Assembly (NCBI GenBank): GCA_035603575.1
Contig: DATNKD010000084.1
Location: 2,116 to 66,115 of the forward strand
Direction of reading: 5' to 3'
Source of the DNA: Chthoniobacterales bacterium
GTDB lineage: Bacteria; Verrucomicrobiota; Verrucomicrobiia; Chthoniobacterales; UBA10450
DNA length: 64,000 nucleotides
The position numbers and the translations under genes were made by a program. This document shows, in pieces, positions 8,679-17,988 of this stretch. The first letter of the stretch is position 1. Every line of letters begins with the position of its first letter. Below the pieces are notes generated by a model, which saw nothing but the letters and a program-made list of their open reading frames with translations, made no database searches and had not been told where the DNA came from.

Positions 8679-10481
8679 TTGATGTCGTCCCGGAATTGGT
8701 TGTTTGGACTAATCCTGATCGTTGCGACTACGCTCGCCTATCAGCCGGCCTGGAACGGGCAACCGATCTGGGACGACGAAATCCATATCACAATTCCGGC
8801 ATTGCGTTCGGTGCACGGCTTGGAGCGAATCTGGACCGATCCAGCGGCCGCGCCGCAGTACTATCCGGTCTTACACACACTTTTCTGGGTGGAATACAAA
8901 CTTTGGGATGGCTGGCCGTTGCCTTACCACCTCGCCACTATTCTGGTGCACGCAATCCTTGCTCTGCTCGTCGTTCAAATTCTTCGCAAGCTGGAAGTTC
9001 CCGGAGCCTGGCTGGCCGCGTTTGTCTTTGCGCTCCATCCAGTCCACGTCGAATCGGTAGCATGGCTTTCTGAGATTAAGAACACCCTTTCGGGAGTACT
9101 CGGCGCCGCCGCAATTTTGGCTTACTTGAAGTACGACGAAAATCGACAATTTGCGGCGTACTTTGCAGCGTTCGCCTTTTTCGTTACGGGTCTGATGACC
9201 AAGACCGCGATCGTAACTTTACCGGTCGTGCTGTTGGTCATCTTTTGGTGGAGACGCGGAAAGCTAGCCTGGGTCCGCGATTTGAAACCACTCGTTCCAT
9301 TTTTTGGTGTCGCGCTGCTCGCCGGGGTTATGACCGTTTGGGTCGAGCAAAAGTTTTGTGCCGAGCATGACGAGACGTTTAATTTTTCCCTGATCGACCG
9401 TTGTTTGATTGCGGGCCGGCTGTTTTGGTTTTATCTGGGCAATCTCTTTTGGCCGGCAAATCTCACAATAATTTATCCGCGCTGGAACATCAGTGATACG
9501 TCGTGGTGGCAATACCTTTTCCCTCTCGCAACTTTCGCGCTTTTTGCCGGGCTCTGGATCCTTCGGCGTAAATCGCGCGCCCCTCTCGCTGCCGCGCTCT
9601 GGTTCGTTGTGTTGCTCTTTCCAGTCCTGGGCTTTTTTAATTTATCTTATTTCATGTCCTGTCCGCCGCCGTTCGATCACGCGGCAATATTTAGGGCGGA
9701 TCATTTTCAATATTTGGCCGATATCCCTATCATCGCGCTGGTTTCTGCCGGAGCGGCATGGTTATGGGAGCGGAGCCGAGGCCGGTATCGACTCCTCTTT
9801 GCGCTTTGCTGTTTTGCGCTAGTGGCATTTCTCGCCGGTTCCACCTGGGCCTACAGCCGCAATTATCGTGACAATGAAACTTGTTTTCGTGACGTGCTAT
9901 CGAAAAATCCAAATTCCGCGACCGCGCACAATAATCTCGGCAATGCACTGCTCCGGAAAGGATCGACCGACGAAGCGATCGCTCATTTCGAGAAGACCCT
10001 GGAAATCGAACCGAATTACCAATTTGGACAATACAATCTTGGCGCTGCCCTGGTTCAAAAAGGCGACGTCGACGGCGCGATTCCTCATTTGAAATCGGCA
10101 TTGGCCGCCAATCCGAACCATTCCAAAGCCTACTATAGTTTGGCGACTGCTTTTGCTCAGCGAGGCCAGACGGATCCAGCGATCGAATATTATGAACGCG
10201 CGCTCAAGCTGCAGTCTGATTTTCCCGATGCCCACACCAATCTCGCCAATCTGTTGCTTGAAAAAGGCGAGACCGACGCGGCTCTGGCTCATTACCGAAT
10301 GGCGCTCGAACTTCAGCCAAACAATGCCGGAGCGCATTACAACCTGGCCGTCGGTCTGGTGCGCAAGGGCGAACTGGAACCAGCGATCGCTGAACTCCGG
10401 ATTGCGTTACAGATTGATCCCGCGTATCCGGATGCCGAACCACTCCTTCGCGATCTTCTCGCGCGAAAAACGCAGCCGTAA
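8679..10481 (+). CDS. Polytopic membrane protein (GT-C/PMT-like N-domain) fused to C-terminal TPR repeats
   Basis: About 380 aa of transmembrane helices are followed by repeated TPR units (NNLGNALLRKGSTDEAIAHFEKTLEIEPN and similar). Confidence 0.75.
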   Translation: MMSSRNWLFGLILIVATTLAYQPAWNGQPIWDDEIHITIPALRSVHGLERIWTDPAAAPQYYPVLHTLFWVEYKLWDGWPLPYHLATILVHAILALLVVQILRKLEVPGAWLAAFVFALHPVHVESVAWLSEIKNTLSGVLGAAAILAYLKYDENRQFAAYFAAFAFFVTGLMTKTAIVTLPVVLLVIFWWRRGKLAWVRDLKPLVPFFGVALLAGVMTVWVEQKFCAEHDETFNFSLIDRCLIAGRLFWFYLGNLFWPANLTIIYPRWNISDTSWWQYLFPLATFALFAGLWILRRKSRAPLAAALWFVVLLFPVLGFFNLSYFMSCPPPFDHAAIFRADHFQYLADIPIIALVSAGAAWLWERSRGRYRLLFALCCFALVAFLAGSTWAYSRNYRDNETCFRDVLSKNPNSATAHNNLGNALLRKGSTDEAIAHFEKTLEIEPNYQFGQYNLGAALVQKGDVDGAIPHLKSALAANPNHSKAYYSLATAFAQRGQTDPAIEYYERALKLQSDFPDAHTNLANLLLEKGETDAALAHYRMALELQPNNAGAHYNLAVGLVRKGELEPAIAELRIALQIDPAYPDAEPLLRDLLARKTQP

Positions 10482-10535
10482 TCCTGGCTTCCTCGACACG
10501 AGCTTCCTGCAAACCGCTCGTTCCATACTGCGCAT

Positions 10536-10643
10536 GTCATCCGGAGCGGAGCGAGGGATCTCGCAGTCGGAGCCTCGATCACACAAGGTAGTTAGAGTGG
10601 TCAACGAACTTATGGGAGATCCCTCACATTCGTTCGGGATGAC
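10536..10643. repeat. Inverted pair of GTCATYCYGAGCG...GGATCTC units
   Basis: GTCATCCGGAGCGGAGCGAGGGATCTCGCA (10536-10565) faces TGGGAGATCCCTCACATTCGTTCGGGATGAC (10613-10643). Confidence 0.65.
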
Positions 10644-10655
10644 AGCGAGCCAAAA

Positions 10656-11564
10656 TCAGGCGCGCGGATGCGCTTCGGCGTACGCTTTCTTCAAGCGCTC
10701 GACCGTTACGTGGGTGTAAATTTGCGTGGTCGAAAGACTGGCGTGGCCGAGCAACGCCTGCACGCTGCGCAGGTCCGCGCCACGATCGAGCATGTGGGTG
10801 GCAAAACTGTGGCGAAGCTTGTGCGGACTAATCGAAATCGGGATCGAAGTGTGCCGCAAATAACGTTTCAAGATCAACCAGATCGAGCGCGACGAAATCC
10901 GTTTCCGCGATTTACTAATGAAGAGCGCTCCGGAATGCACGTTCGCGGCGGAGCGATATTTTGAGATCGCTTCCAGCGCGGGCGCGCCAATTGGGCAAAC
11001 GCGCTCTTTCCGGCCTTTGCCAAAAACGCGCACCGACTCGGTGTAAAGATCGACATCTTCCACGTCGAGGGCGGCCAGTTCGCTCAATCGCAATCCGCTG
11101 CTGTAAAAAAGTTCCATGACCGCGACGTCGCGCAGCGGCATCCATTCTGGCGCCGCGCGTTGCTTCGCCACCTGCAACGGCGCGCTCAACAGTTCTTCGA
11201 TTTGTTGGCGGGTCAGGACGAGTGGAAGCTTTCTCTCGACCTTCGGGAGTTGCAATTGCCGCACCGGATCAATTCGAAGTTTCTTTCGGTCGGTCAGGAA
11301 CTTGTAAAACGCGCGCAGCGCTGAGAACTGCAAGCGCACGTAGGAACGCGCCTGGCCGCGCTTCATGATCGCGAAAAGATAATCGCGAAAATCGTCCGCC
11401 GTGCATTTCTTCCACGGCTTTTGGTTTTGCCTGCGGAACGCGCCCAGTGCGTGCCGATAAGCCTTCAGTGTTCGCGGCGACGCGTTTCGTTCGACCGCGA
11501 GATAACGCAAAAACTCTTCCGCGAGATTGTCTTTCTTTGATGCCGCGGTTTGGCCTTTTGTCAT
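10656..11564 (-). CDS. Tyrosine recombinase, XerC/XerD family
   Basis: ELFYSSGLRLSELAAL, HKLRHSFATHML and LLGHASLSTTQIYTHV carry the catalytic R..HxxR..Y set. No flanking att-like or phage genes. Confidence 0.85.
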   Translation of the reverse strand: MTKGQTAASKKDNLAEEFLRYLAVERNASPRTLKAYRHALGAFRRQNQKPWKKCTADDFRDYLFAIMKRGQARSYVRLQFSALRAFYKFLTDRKKLRIDPVRQLQLPKVERKLPLVLTRQQIEELLSAPLQVAKQRAAPEWMPLRDVAVMELFYSSGLRLSELAALDVEDVDLYTESVRVFGKGRKERVCPIGAPALEAISKYRSAANVHSGALFISKSRKRISSRSIWLILKRYLRHTSIPISISPHKLRHSFATHMLDRGADLRSVQALLGHASLSTTQIYTHVTVERLKKAYAEAHPRA

Positions 11565-11636
11565 GTCGACCGAAGTGGAGACATCTCTAAATATTTCTGA
11601 GATATTGACAGATTCCTCAACTTCGCTCGGAGTGAC
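11565..11636. repeat. Inverted pair of degenerate GTCR..CGAAG..GAGA.ATCTC units (hairpin)
   Basis: GTCGACCGAAGTGGAGACATCTC (11565-11587) faces AGATTCCTCAACTTCGCTCGGAGTGAC (11610-11636). Confidence 0.55.
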
Positions 11637-11642
11637 ACCGAC

Positions 11643-12140
11643 TCAAAATTGCGGCTCCGGTTTCTCGATCATGTAGCGGGTCTGACCTGCGTCAGCCCGG
11701 CCGCTCATCTGGGTTCTGAAAATCGCCGGCGGATTGGTTGAGATCACTTCGTAATCCTTCAGGATAAATTCCGGATACACCCGATTGCTCGCCGGCTCGT
11801 AGACTTTGTCGCCGCTAAAGTTGCCGTAAAGCTTGTATTCGTAATTGTTGTCCGAGCCGAATTTTAGCGCGGCACGGTCAGGCGCGAGTTTTTGTTTTTC
11901 ATTCAACATCACGAGCTGCGCCGTGCTCCAGGGCTGGTTCGGTCGCCGGATATATCCCCAAAACTTGAAGTCCGGTTTGAAATATCGCCGCCCGATGTAA
12001 TAATCGCCCGCCGGCTCGGCCGCGATCCGTTGAGCCATGGCGACCTTCGCGTTTTGAATGCCTGTCGGCTCCGTTTGGCAACCGGCCAGAAAAAGAAGCG
12101 CGGTCGCGAAGAAAACCGGTTTTGCTCGCAAGATCGACAT
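11643..12140 (-). CDS. Lipoprotein, unknown function
   Basis: Signal peptide with lipobox MSILRAKPVFFATALLFLAGC. The start codon lies inside a copy of the 10-mer. Confidence 0.6.
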   Translation of the reverse strand: MSILRAKPVFFATALLFLAGCQTEPTGIQNAKVAMAQRIAAEPAGDYYIGRRYFKPDFKFWGYIRRPNQPWSTAQLVMLNEKQKLAPDRAALKFGSDNNYEYKLYGNFSGDKVYEPASNRVYPEFILKDYEVISTNPPAIFRTQMSGRADAGQTRYMIEKPEPQF

Positions 12141-12171
12141 CTTCCAGGATCGACATCTACTCAGCTCTGCG

Positions 12172-12197
12172 ACCCGCGCAATCGCGGGTTTCCTTTT
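12172..12197 (+). promoter_or_regulatory. Terminator-like hairpin in the leader of the mla operon
   Basis: ACCCGCG-caat-CGCGGGT is followed by TTCCTTTT. Tandem GATCGACATCT copies at 12132 and 12149 precede it. Confidence 0.35.
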
Positions 12198-12231
12198 GCA
12201 ACAACGTGTGGTGCTCGTAATTTGAGGCCAG

Positions 12232-12495
12232 ATGCTCGAATTGGAAGTTTACGCTGCAGGTCTTGGCGACCTGGATAAGATTTTGGAGCTCGACCACCAG
12301 CTCGCGGCGATTCCCGGCCTGCGTTATAAGGTCGATCGCAATCACAACCTGGTTTATCTCGAGCTCGATCAACCCACCATCACCTTCCGTGAGATCCGCG
12401 CGATCTTTCGCAAGCTCGCGCTCGATCCGCGTTTCATCGCCGCAATTCCGGCAGAGCTTCGCCCAAAAACAAAAACGCAGCCGCTGGGTGTCTAA
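12232..12495 (+). CDS. Small hypothetical protein (possible ferredoxin-like/HMA-like fold) upstream of mlaE
   Basis: The 87 aa ORF ends 12 nt before mlaE on the same strand. Competing overlapping ORFs look like low-complexity shadows. Confidence 0.4.
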   Translation: MLELEVYAAGLGDLDKILELDHQLAAIPGLRYKVDRNHNLVYLELDQPTITFREIRAIFRKLALDPRFIAAIPAELRPKTKTQPLGV

Positions 12496-12507
12496 ACACG
12501 GCAGCAA

Positions 12508-13305
12508 ATGTTCGCTCGATTTTTCAACGCGCTGGGAGGACCACTCATTCGGTTCGTTCAGTATTTGGGCGAGGTGGTTTTCCTGGCCGCGGACACGTTC
12601 CGTTCGCTTTTTACTCGCCCCTTGCGCTGGAAGTTGTTTCTGAACCAAATTGTGGAGATCGGATTGCTTTCGCAATTAGTGGTCGTAATCACGGGCGGAT
12701 TCACGGGCGCGGTTTTTACCGCTCAGACCTATTTTCAATTTCACAAGATCGGAATGGGCTCGGCCGTCGGCGCGGTCGTGTCGGTCGCGATCCTCCGTGA
12801 GTTGGGACCCGTCTTGACCGCGTTAATGGTGACGGGTCGTGTTGGAGCCGCGATGTCGGCGGAGATCGGGACCATGAAAGTGACCGAGCAAATCGACGCG
12901 TTACGCGCGCTTGCTGTTTATCCGACCGATTATCTGGTCGTGCCGCGTGCACTGGCCATGATGGTGTCGATGCCGCTGCTGGTGGCCGAATGCATCGCCG
13001 TTGGCATCGCGGTCGGCTATTTCGTCGCGATTTTTTTGCTCGAAGTGAATGGCACTTACTACATGGCGAACATGGTGCGTTGGACCCGAAGTCGCGACAT
13101 TATCATGGGTCTCTCCAAAGCGTTTTGCTTCGGCATTCTCATCGTCTTCATCAGTTGCCACAAAGGATTGACCGCGCGTGAAGGCGCGGTCGGTGTCGGC
13201 CGAGCCACAACTGAGGCGGTTGTTAACGCTTCGCTTGCCGTTCTGATCAGCAATTTTTTCCTGACCATGCTGCTCAACATCATTTACCCCGCGGGTTATC
13301 AATGA
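12508..13305 (+). CDS. mlaE: MlaE-family ABC transporter permease
   Basis: Multi-TM protein with the REL(G)PVLTALMVTGRVGAAMSAEIGTMKVTEQIDAL block typical of MlaE/Ttg2B. Confidence 0.85.
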   Translation: MFARFFNALGGPLIRFVQYLGEVVFLAADTFRSLFTRPLRWKLFLNQIVEIGLLSQLVVVITGGFTGAVFTAQTYFQFHKIGMGSAVGAVVSVAILRELGPVLTALMVTGRVGAAMSAEIGTMKVTEQIDALRALAVYPTDYLVVPRALAMMVSMPLLVAECIAVGIAVGYFVAIFLLEVNGTYYMANMVRWTRSRDIIMGLSKAFCFGILIVFISCHKGLTAREGAVGVGRATTEAVVNASLAVLISNFFLTMLLNIIYPAGYQ

Positions 13306-14072
13306 GCGCGCAAGATCGACATAACGGATCGATGATTGCCGTGCATGGGCTGGTGAAAACAATTGGCGCGCAGGAAATTTTGTGCGGCGTCGATCTTAAC
13401 GTCGCGCGCGGTGAGACGCTCGCGATCATTGGTCGCAGCGGCGGCGGCAAAAGCGTTCTACTCAAACATCTGATCGGTTTGATGCGACCGAACGCGGGCG
13501 AAATCTGGATTGAAGGGCAAAACATTATCGACATGAGCGAGCGGAATCTCGCGTCCATTCGCCAAAAGGTCGGCATTCTTTTTCAAGGCAGCGCGCTTTT
13601 CGATTCGATGACGGTGGCGGAAAACATCGCGTTTCCATTGCGCGAAGCGGGTGAGCGCGACCCGAAAGTCTTGCGCAAACGCGTCAGCGAGATGCTCGAA
13701 GTGATGGAGCTACAGGGACAAGAAGAAAAGATGCCGGTGAATTTGAGCGGTGGAATGAAAAAACGCGTCGGCCTCGCGCGCTCGATCATCCGTCAGCCAT
13801 CGTGCATTCTTTATGATGAACCCACATCCGGACTCGATCCGGTCGTTTCCGATTCAATCAACCGCTTGATCCGCCGGTTGCAGCAGCGTCTCGGCGTCAC
13901 CAGCATCGTGGTCACGCATGACATGAAAAACGCGTTCCACGTCGCCGACCGGATCGCGTATCTGCATGAAGGAAAGATTTACTTTCAGGGGACACCGGAA
14001 GAATTACGACAATCTTCCGATCAAATTCTCCAGGATTTCCTAGTTGGACGGTCAGAGCAGCAAAAGTTGTAG
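13302..14072 (+). CDS. mlaF: MlaF-family ABC transporter ATP-binding protein
   Basis: GRSGGGKSV, LSGGMKKRVGLARSI and ILYDEPTSGLDP. Overlaps the mlaE stop. Confidence 0.85.
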   Translation: MSAQDRHNGSMIAVHGLVKTIGAQEILCGVDLNVARGETLAIIGRSGGGKSVLLKHLIGLMRPNAGEIWIEGQNIIDMSERNLASIRQKVGILFQGSALFDSMTVAENIAFPLREAGERDPKVLRKRVSEMLEVMELQGQEEKMPVNLSGGMKKRVGLARSIIRQPSCILYDEPTSGLDPVVSDSINRLIRRLQQRLGVTSIVVTHDMKNAFHVADRIAYLHEGKIYFQGTPEELRQSSDQILQDFLVGRSEQQKL

Positions 14073-14103
14073 AGGCGCTCGCCGCGGCGAGCGCCTGTTT
14101 ATT
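14073..14103 (+). terminator. Rho-independent terminator between mlaF and the MCE gene
   Basis: The perfect 24 nt palindrome AGGCGCTCGCCGCGGCGAGCGCCT is followed by GTTTATT. A second hairpin GGCGTTTG-aca-CAAACGCC lies at 14109-14127. Confidence 0.65.
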
Positions 14104-14162
14104 AGTTCGGCGTTTGACACAAACGCCGCTACAACAATGCTAAGATCGACAATCAACCTTTA

Positions 14163-15032
14163 ATGAACCGACACGAGCGAGGTTTGGAATTTAAGGTCGG
14201 CATCTTTGTTTTTGCCGGCCTGGCCATGTTGGGCGCGCTCGTGGTGCAGTTCGGCAGGCTGGGGGAAGGGTTCAAAACTTACTATGCACTTACTATCCGC
14301 TTCAACGATGCGAGCGGATTGTTGAAAGGCTCCGATGTTTTGCTCGCGGGCGCGCGGATCGGCAAGGTCTCGGGTGGGCCGCGCCTCGTCCGCGAGGGGA
14401 ACGGCGTCGCCGTTCCGCTCAAGATTTATGATTACGTGAAAATTCCTCAGGAAAGCAAATTTACGGTTGGCAGTTCTGGTTTACTTGGGGATCGCTTTGT
14501 CAGTGTCACGATGCCCCCAGGTGTCCCGACAAAATTTGTGCAGCCAAACGCCTATATCAACGGGTCGCGCGAGACCGGCATCGACGATCTCACTCGCGAA
14601 GGCGGTGCGCTGGTCGGTGATCTCCGCGGCGTGGTGCAAAAAATCGACACGACTGTGGCGCGCTTGAACGAGGATGTTCTTTCCAAAGAAACTACCGAGA
14701 ATCTTAAGTCGAGCGTGGCGCACTTGAACGAAGCGACGACCGCCTTTGCCGAATCTTCGAAGAAACTTGGCGGTGTGGTTGACAAAGCCGACTCGGCGAT
14801 GGACTCCACCAAAAAAGCGGCCGACGATTTGCAAAAGGTACTCAGCTCTGCAACACAAGGAAAAGGATTGCTTGCCGCACTGCTCACTAATCAGGAACTG
14901 GCCAACGATCTGCGCGCGCTGGTTGCCAACTTGCGCGCGCACGGCGTCCTGTTTTATCGCGACAGCGCCGCGAAGATCGACAGCAACGCCACGCCGCCGC
15001 CTAAACCGCGCACAAAAACCGGAGGACGCTGA
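14163..15032 (+). CDS. mlaD: MCE/MlaD-family protein
   Basis: N-terminal TM segment, then an MCE domain (LKGSDVLLAGARIGKVSG), then a long helical C-terminus. Confidence 0.8.
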   Translation: MNRHERGLEFKVGIFVFAGLAMLGALVVQFGRLGEGFKTYYALTIRFNDASGLLKGSDVLLAGARIGKVSGGPRLVREGNGVAVPLKIYDYVKIPQESKFTVGSSGLLGDRFVSVTMPPGVPTKFVQPNAYINGSRETGIDDLTREGGALVGDLRGVVQKIDTTVARLNEDVLSKETTENLKSSVAHLNEATTAFAESSKKLGGVVDKADSAMDSTKKAADDLQKVLSSATQGKGLLAALLTNQELANDLRALVANLRAHGVLFYRDSAAKIDSNATPPPKPRTKTGGR

Positions 15033-16069
15033 TGACGCCGCTGCTGACGATCAATCTGTTGCGCGTTTTGTTCGTGACCTTTTGCGCCGTGATTGGTGCA
15101 AATATTTCGACGGCTCTCACCGGAAATCTTTGGTCCGGACTAGTGATCGGAATTGTTCTCGGTTTAGTCGTGGTGCTAATCGATCGCTTGCTCAAAGGCG
15201 TTTCGTTGCGCCTTTTTTCCTCGGCCACATTCGGACTGTTGCTCGGTTTGATCTTCGCCAATCTGCTGATGGCTTCTCAAGTTTTGCGTTATCAATCAGA
15301 AGCGATGCAATGGTCGGTCCGACTCATTGTCTACGCGGTGTTTGGTTATCTCGGCATGATGTTGGCCATACGGAGCAGCCGCGACGAATTCTCACTCATC
15401 ATTCCCTACGTGCGTTTCGCCCGCGAAACAACCCAGCACGAGCCGCTCGTGGTCGATACCAACGTCATCATCGACGGCCGCATCGCTGATCTTTGCGCAA
15501 CTGGATTTCTCAGTCGCTCCCTGATCGTGCCGCGATTTATTTTGGATGAATTGCAACTGCTGGCGGACTCGCACGAGGCGACAAAACGCGAACGAGGCCG
15601 GCGCGGCCTGGAAATTTTGAATCAACTCCAGCGTTCGCGCGAAGTGGAGCTGACGATTCACGACAGTACCGGAGAAGATGTCGATGTTGGAACGGACGCG
15701 CGCTTGGTGCGGATCGCCAAAGTGTTGAAAGCGCGCCTGCTCACGAATGATCACGCGCTCGCGCAGGTCGCGCGGCTACAGCGCGTGGCGGTGCTCAATT
15801 TGGCCGATCTCGCGCGTGCACTTCGGCCGACTGTTGTCTCGGGCGACGAAATCGATCTGCATTTGGTCAAAGAAGGCCGCGAGCCGCATCAAGCCGTTGG
15901 TTATTTGCCGGATGGAACGATGATCGTAGTCAATCATGCGCGCGCGCATGTCGGCAAAACCCGGACTGTGATCGTGTCCGGCGCGCTCCAAACCGCTGCC
16001 GGTCGCCTTATCTTCGCCGAGCTCAAGAACGGCGCCGCGCAGGCGTCGGTTTCGCGCGAACCGGTTTGA
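15032..16069 (+). CDS. PIN/TRAM domain membrane protein (YacL-like)
   Basis: Four N-terminal TM helices, a PIN domain (LVVDTNVIIDGRI), and a C-terminal TRAM-like beta domain. The start overlaps the mlaD stop. Confidence 0.75.
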   Translation: MTPLLTINLLRVLFVTFCAVIGANISTALTGNLWSGLVIGIVLGLVVVLIDRLLKGVSLRLFSSATFGLLLGLIFANLLMASQVLRYQSEAMQWSVRLIVYAVFGYLGMMLAIRSSRDEFSLIIPYVRFARETTQHEPLVVDTNVIIDGRIADLCATGFLSRSLIVPRFILDELQLLADSHEATKRERGRRGLEILNQLQRSREVELTIHDSTGEDVDVGTDARLVRIAKVLKARLLTNDHALAQVARLQRVAVLNLADLARALRPTVVSGDEIDLHLVKEGREPHQAVGYLPDGTMIVVNHARAHVGKTRTVIVSGALQTAAGRLIFAELKNGAAQASVSREPV

Positions 16070-16875
16070 AGGGCTTTCTGAAATCCATTTTGCCCTGCGG
16101 AATTGTCGATCTTGCGAAGAATCGGCGAAAGCTGCGCGACATCGGCCGCCGACTTTCGCCGATGGAATTATTCAAGAGCGATCGCCTCGCGCTTGATGCC
16201 GAACAAAGCGGTCTCTTGCTTTTCGCGCCGGGCCATGCCGGGAAACTCCGGAACGTTGTCGATGTCGGCGCCAACACCGGCCAATGGTCGAGTATGTTGC
16301 TCAATTGCGTCACACCGGAGAAATTAATCATCATCGAGCCGCTGCCGGATGCGTTTGCTGTTTTGCAGAAGAAATTCGCAAACAACCGACGCGTTCAGTT
16401 GCACAATGTCGCGATCGGCGAGCGCGAGAGTTTTGAGACGCTGAAAATTACGCGCGATACAACCGGAGCTTCTCTTCTTCAACCGCGGGACGAAATGCGC
16501 ACAGTCATCGGGAGCAATTGGACGATCACGTCTGAAGTCGAAGTGCCAATGACCAGACTCGACCGCTTACTTGTCGATCTTGCGGAAGTTTCGCTTCTGA
16601 AAATCGACGTCCAAGGTTACGAGAAACCAGTGCTCGCAGGCGCGAAACAAACGCTCGCGAAAACCAAGTTCCTGCTCATTGAGTTGAACTTCATGTCGCA
16701 ATACGACGGCGGTTCCTGGTTCGGCGATGTTCACCAAATCCTGACGCGCGATTTTGGATTCTTCCTCGCCAACGCTTCCCAGCCACAAGTTCTCAACGGC
16801 CGCGCTTCAATGTGCGACGGGCTTTATGTGAATCCGAATCTCGTCCGAGAATGGGTCAAACGCGACTTTGTTTGA
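16066..16875 (+). CDS. FkbM-family methyltransferase
   Basis: VVDVGANTGQWS and LLKIDVQGYE blocks. Overlaps the stop of the PIN/TRAM gene. Confidence 0.7.
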   Translation: MKGFLKSILPCGIVDLAKNRRKLRDIGRRLSPMELFKSDRLALDAEQSGLLLFAPGHAGKLRNVVDVGANTGQWSSMLLNCVTPEKLIIIEPLPDAFAVLQKKFANNRRVQLHNVAIGERESFETLKITRDTTGASLLQPRDEMRTVIGSNWTITSEVEVPMTRLDRLLVDLAEVSLLKIDVQGYEKPVLAGAKQTLAKTKFLLIELNFMSQYDGGSWFGDVHQILTRDFGFFLANASQPQVLNGRASMCDGLYVNPNLVREWVKRDFV

Positions 16876-16890
16876 AACTGTAGCGGCGGT

Positions 16891-17880
16891 CTATGACCGT
16901 CGGTCACGCAAACCGACCGCTGCGCGGACGCGCTCCATGACTTGGTCGGCGATTTCGTTGGCGCGTTTCGCGCCGCGGGCGAGGACGTTGTCGATGTACG
17001 ATTTGTCGCGCAGAATTTCTGCGCGGCGTTCCCGCATCGGGGCAAAATATTCCCACAGTTTTTCGAAGAGTTCCTTTTTGAAATCGCCGTAGCCGGTTCC
17101 GCCTTTTTTGAATCGTTCGCGTATGCTCGCGAGCTCCTCTTTTGATGCAAAAAGCGAGTAGAGCTGGACGATTGTTGATCTTTCCGGATCTTTCGGCGCT
17201 TCCACCGGCGTGGAATCGGTCACGATGCTCATCACTCGTTTCCGGGTTTCTTTCTCATCACCGAAAATGTCGATGTTGTTGCCGTAACTCTTGCTCATTT
17301 TCTGGCCGTCGAGGCCGGGAACGACTTGAGTGTCGGGATTAATGCGCGGCTCCGGCAATTTGAAAATAGGCCGGTCCGGCTCGGACCCAAACGTTTCATT
17401 AATCTTCACCGCCAGATCGCGCGTGATCTCGATGTGTTGCTTTTGATCTTTGCCGACCGGCACAGCGTCGCTGTCGTAAATCAAAATATCTGCCGCCATC
17501 AGGACGGGATAACCGAAGAGCCCAGCTGTTGGCGCGAGTCCGCGCGCGAGTTTGTCTTTATAAGAGTGCGCGCGCTCGAGAAGTCCCATCGGCGCGACGG
17601 TTGATAAAATCCACGCTAGCTCGGTGACCTGCGGCACATCGGATTGTCGAAAAAGCGCACCTTTGTCCGGATCAAGTCCGCACGCGAGAAAGTCGAGTGC
17701 GACGAGGCGTGAATTTTCGCGCAGGGTTTTCGGATCGCGGACGCTCGTGAGCGCGTGATAATCGGCGATAAAATAAAACGTTTGGCCTTCCTTTTGCAGC
17801 TCGATCGCCGGCCGCATCATCCCGAAATAATTTCCGATGTGGAGGACGCCACTGGGTTGAATGCCGGACAAGATGCGCAT
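16891..17880 (-). CDS. trpS: Tryptophan--tRNA ligase
   Basis: GIQPSGVLHIGNYFG (HIGH-type) and KMSKS motifs, at the typical 329 aa length. Confidence 0.95.
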   Translation of the reverse strand: MRILSGIQPSGVLHIGNYFGMMRPAIELQKEGQTFYFIADYHALTSVRDPKTLRENSRLVALDFLACGLDPDKGALFRQSDVPQVTELAWILSTVAPMGLLERAHSYKDKLARGLAPTAGLFGYPVLMAADILIYDSDAVPVGKDQKQHIEITRDLAVKINETFGSEPDRPIFKLPEPRINPDTQVVPGLDGQKMSKSYGNNIDIFGDEKETRKRVMSIVTDSTPVEAPKDPERSTIVQLYSLFASKEELASIRERFKKGGTGYGDFKKELFEKLWEYFAPMRERRAEILRDKSYIDNVLARGAKRANEIADQVMERVRAAVGLRDRRS

Positions 17881-17906
17881 GATGCTTTAGGCTACTGAAA
17901 CAGTAA

Positions 17907-17934
17907 GAGATTTCTCGACTTCGCGCGAAATGAC
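17907..17934. repeat. Single copy of the GTCAT..CG..GAAATCTC unit (reverse orientation)
   Basis: GAGATTTCTCGACTTCGCGCGAAATGAC lies in the trpS/uxs divergent spacer. Confidence 0.5.
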
Positions 17935-17988
17935 AAATGCAATTTGGATTGTTTCTTGCTGAATATTCGGTGATTAGATAATCCGCAA

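Noticed and set aside
10656-11564. Tyrosine recombinase as a marker of an integrated mobile element
   Set aside because: It has the full XerC/XerD-type architecture, with housekeeping neighbours and no att-like repeats, tRNA target or phage/IS genes nearby.
12157-12675. 172 aa minus-strand ORF across the mla leader
   Set aside because: It overlaps mlaE and the plus-strand small ORF, has no domain, and would run antisense into the operon.
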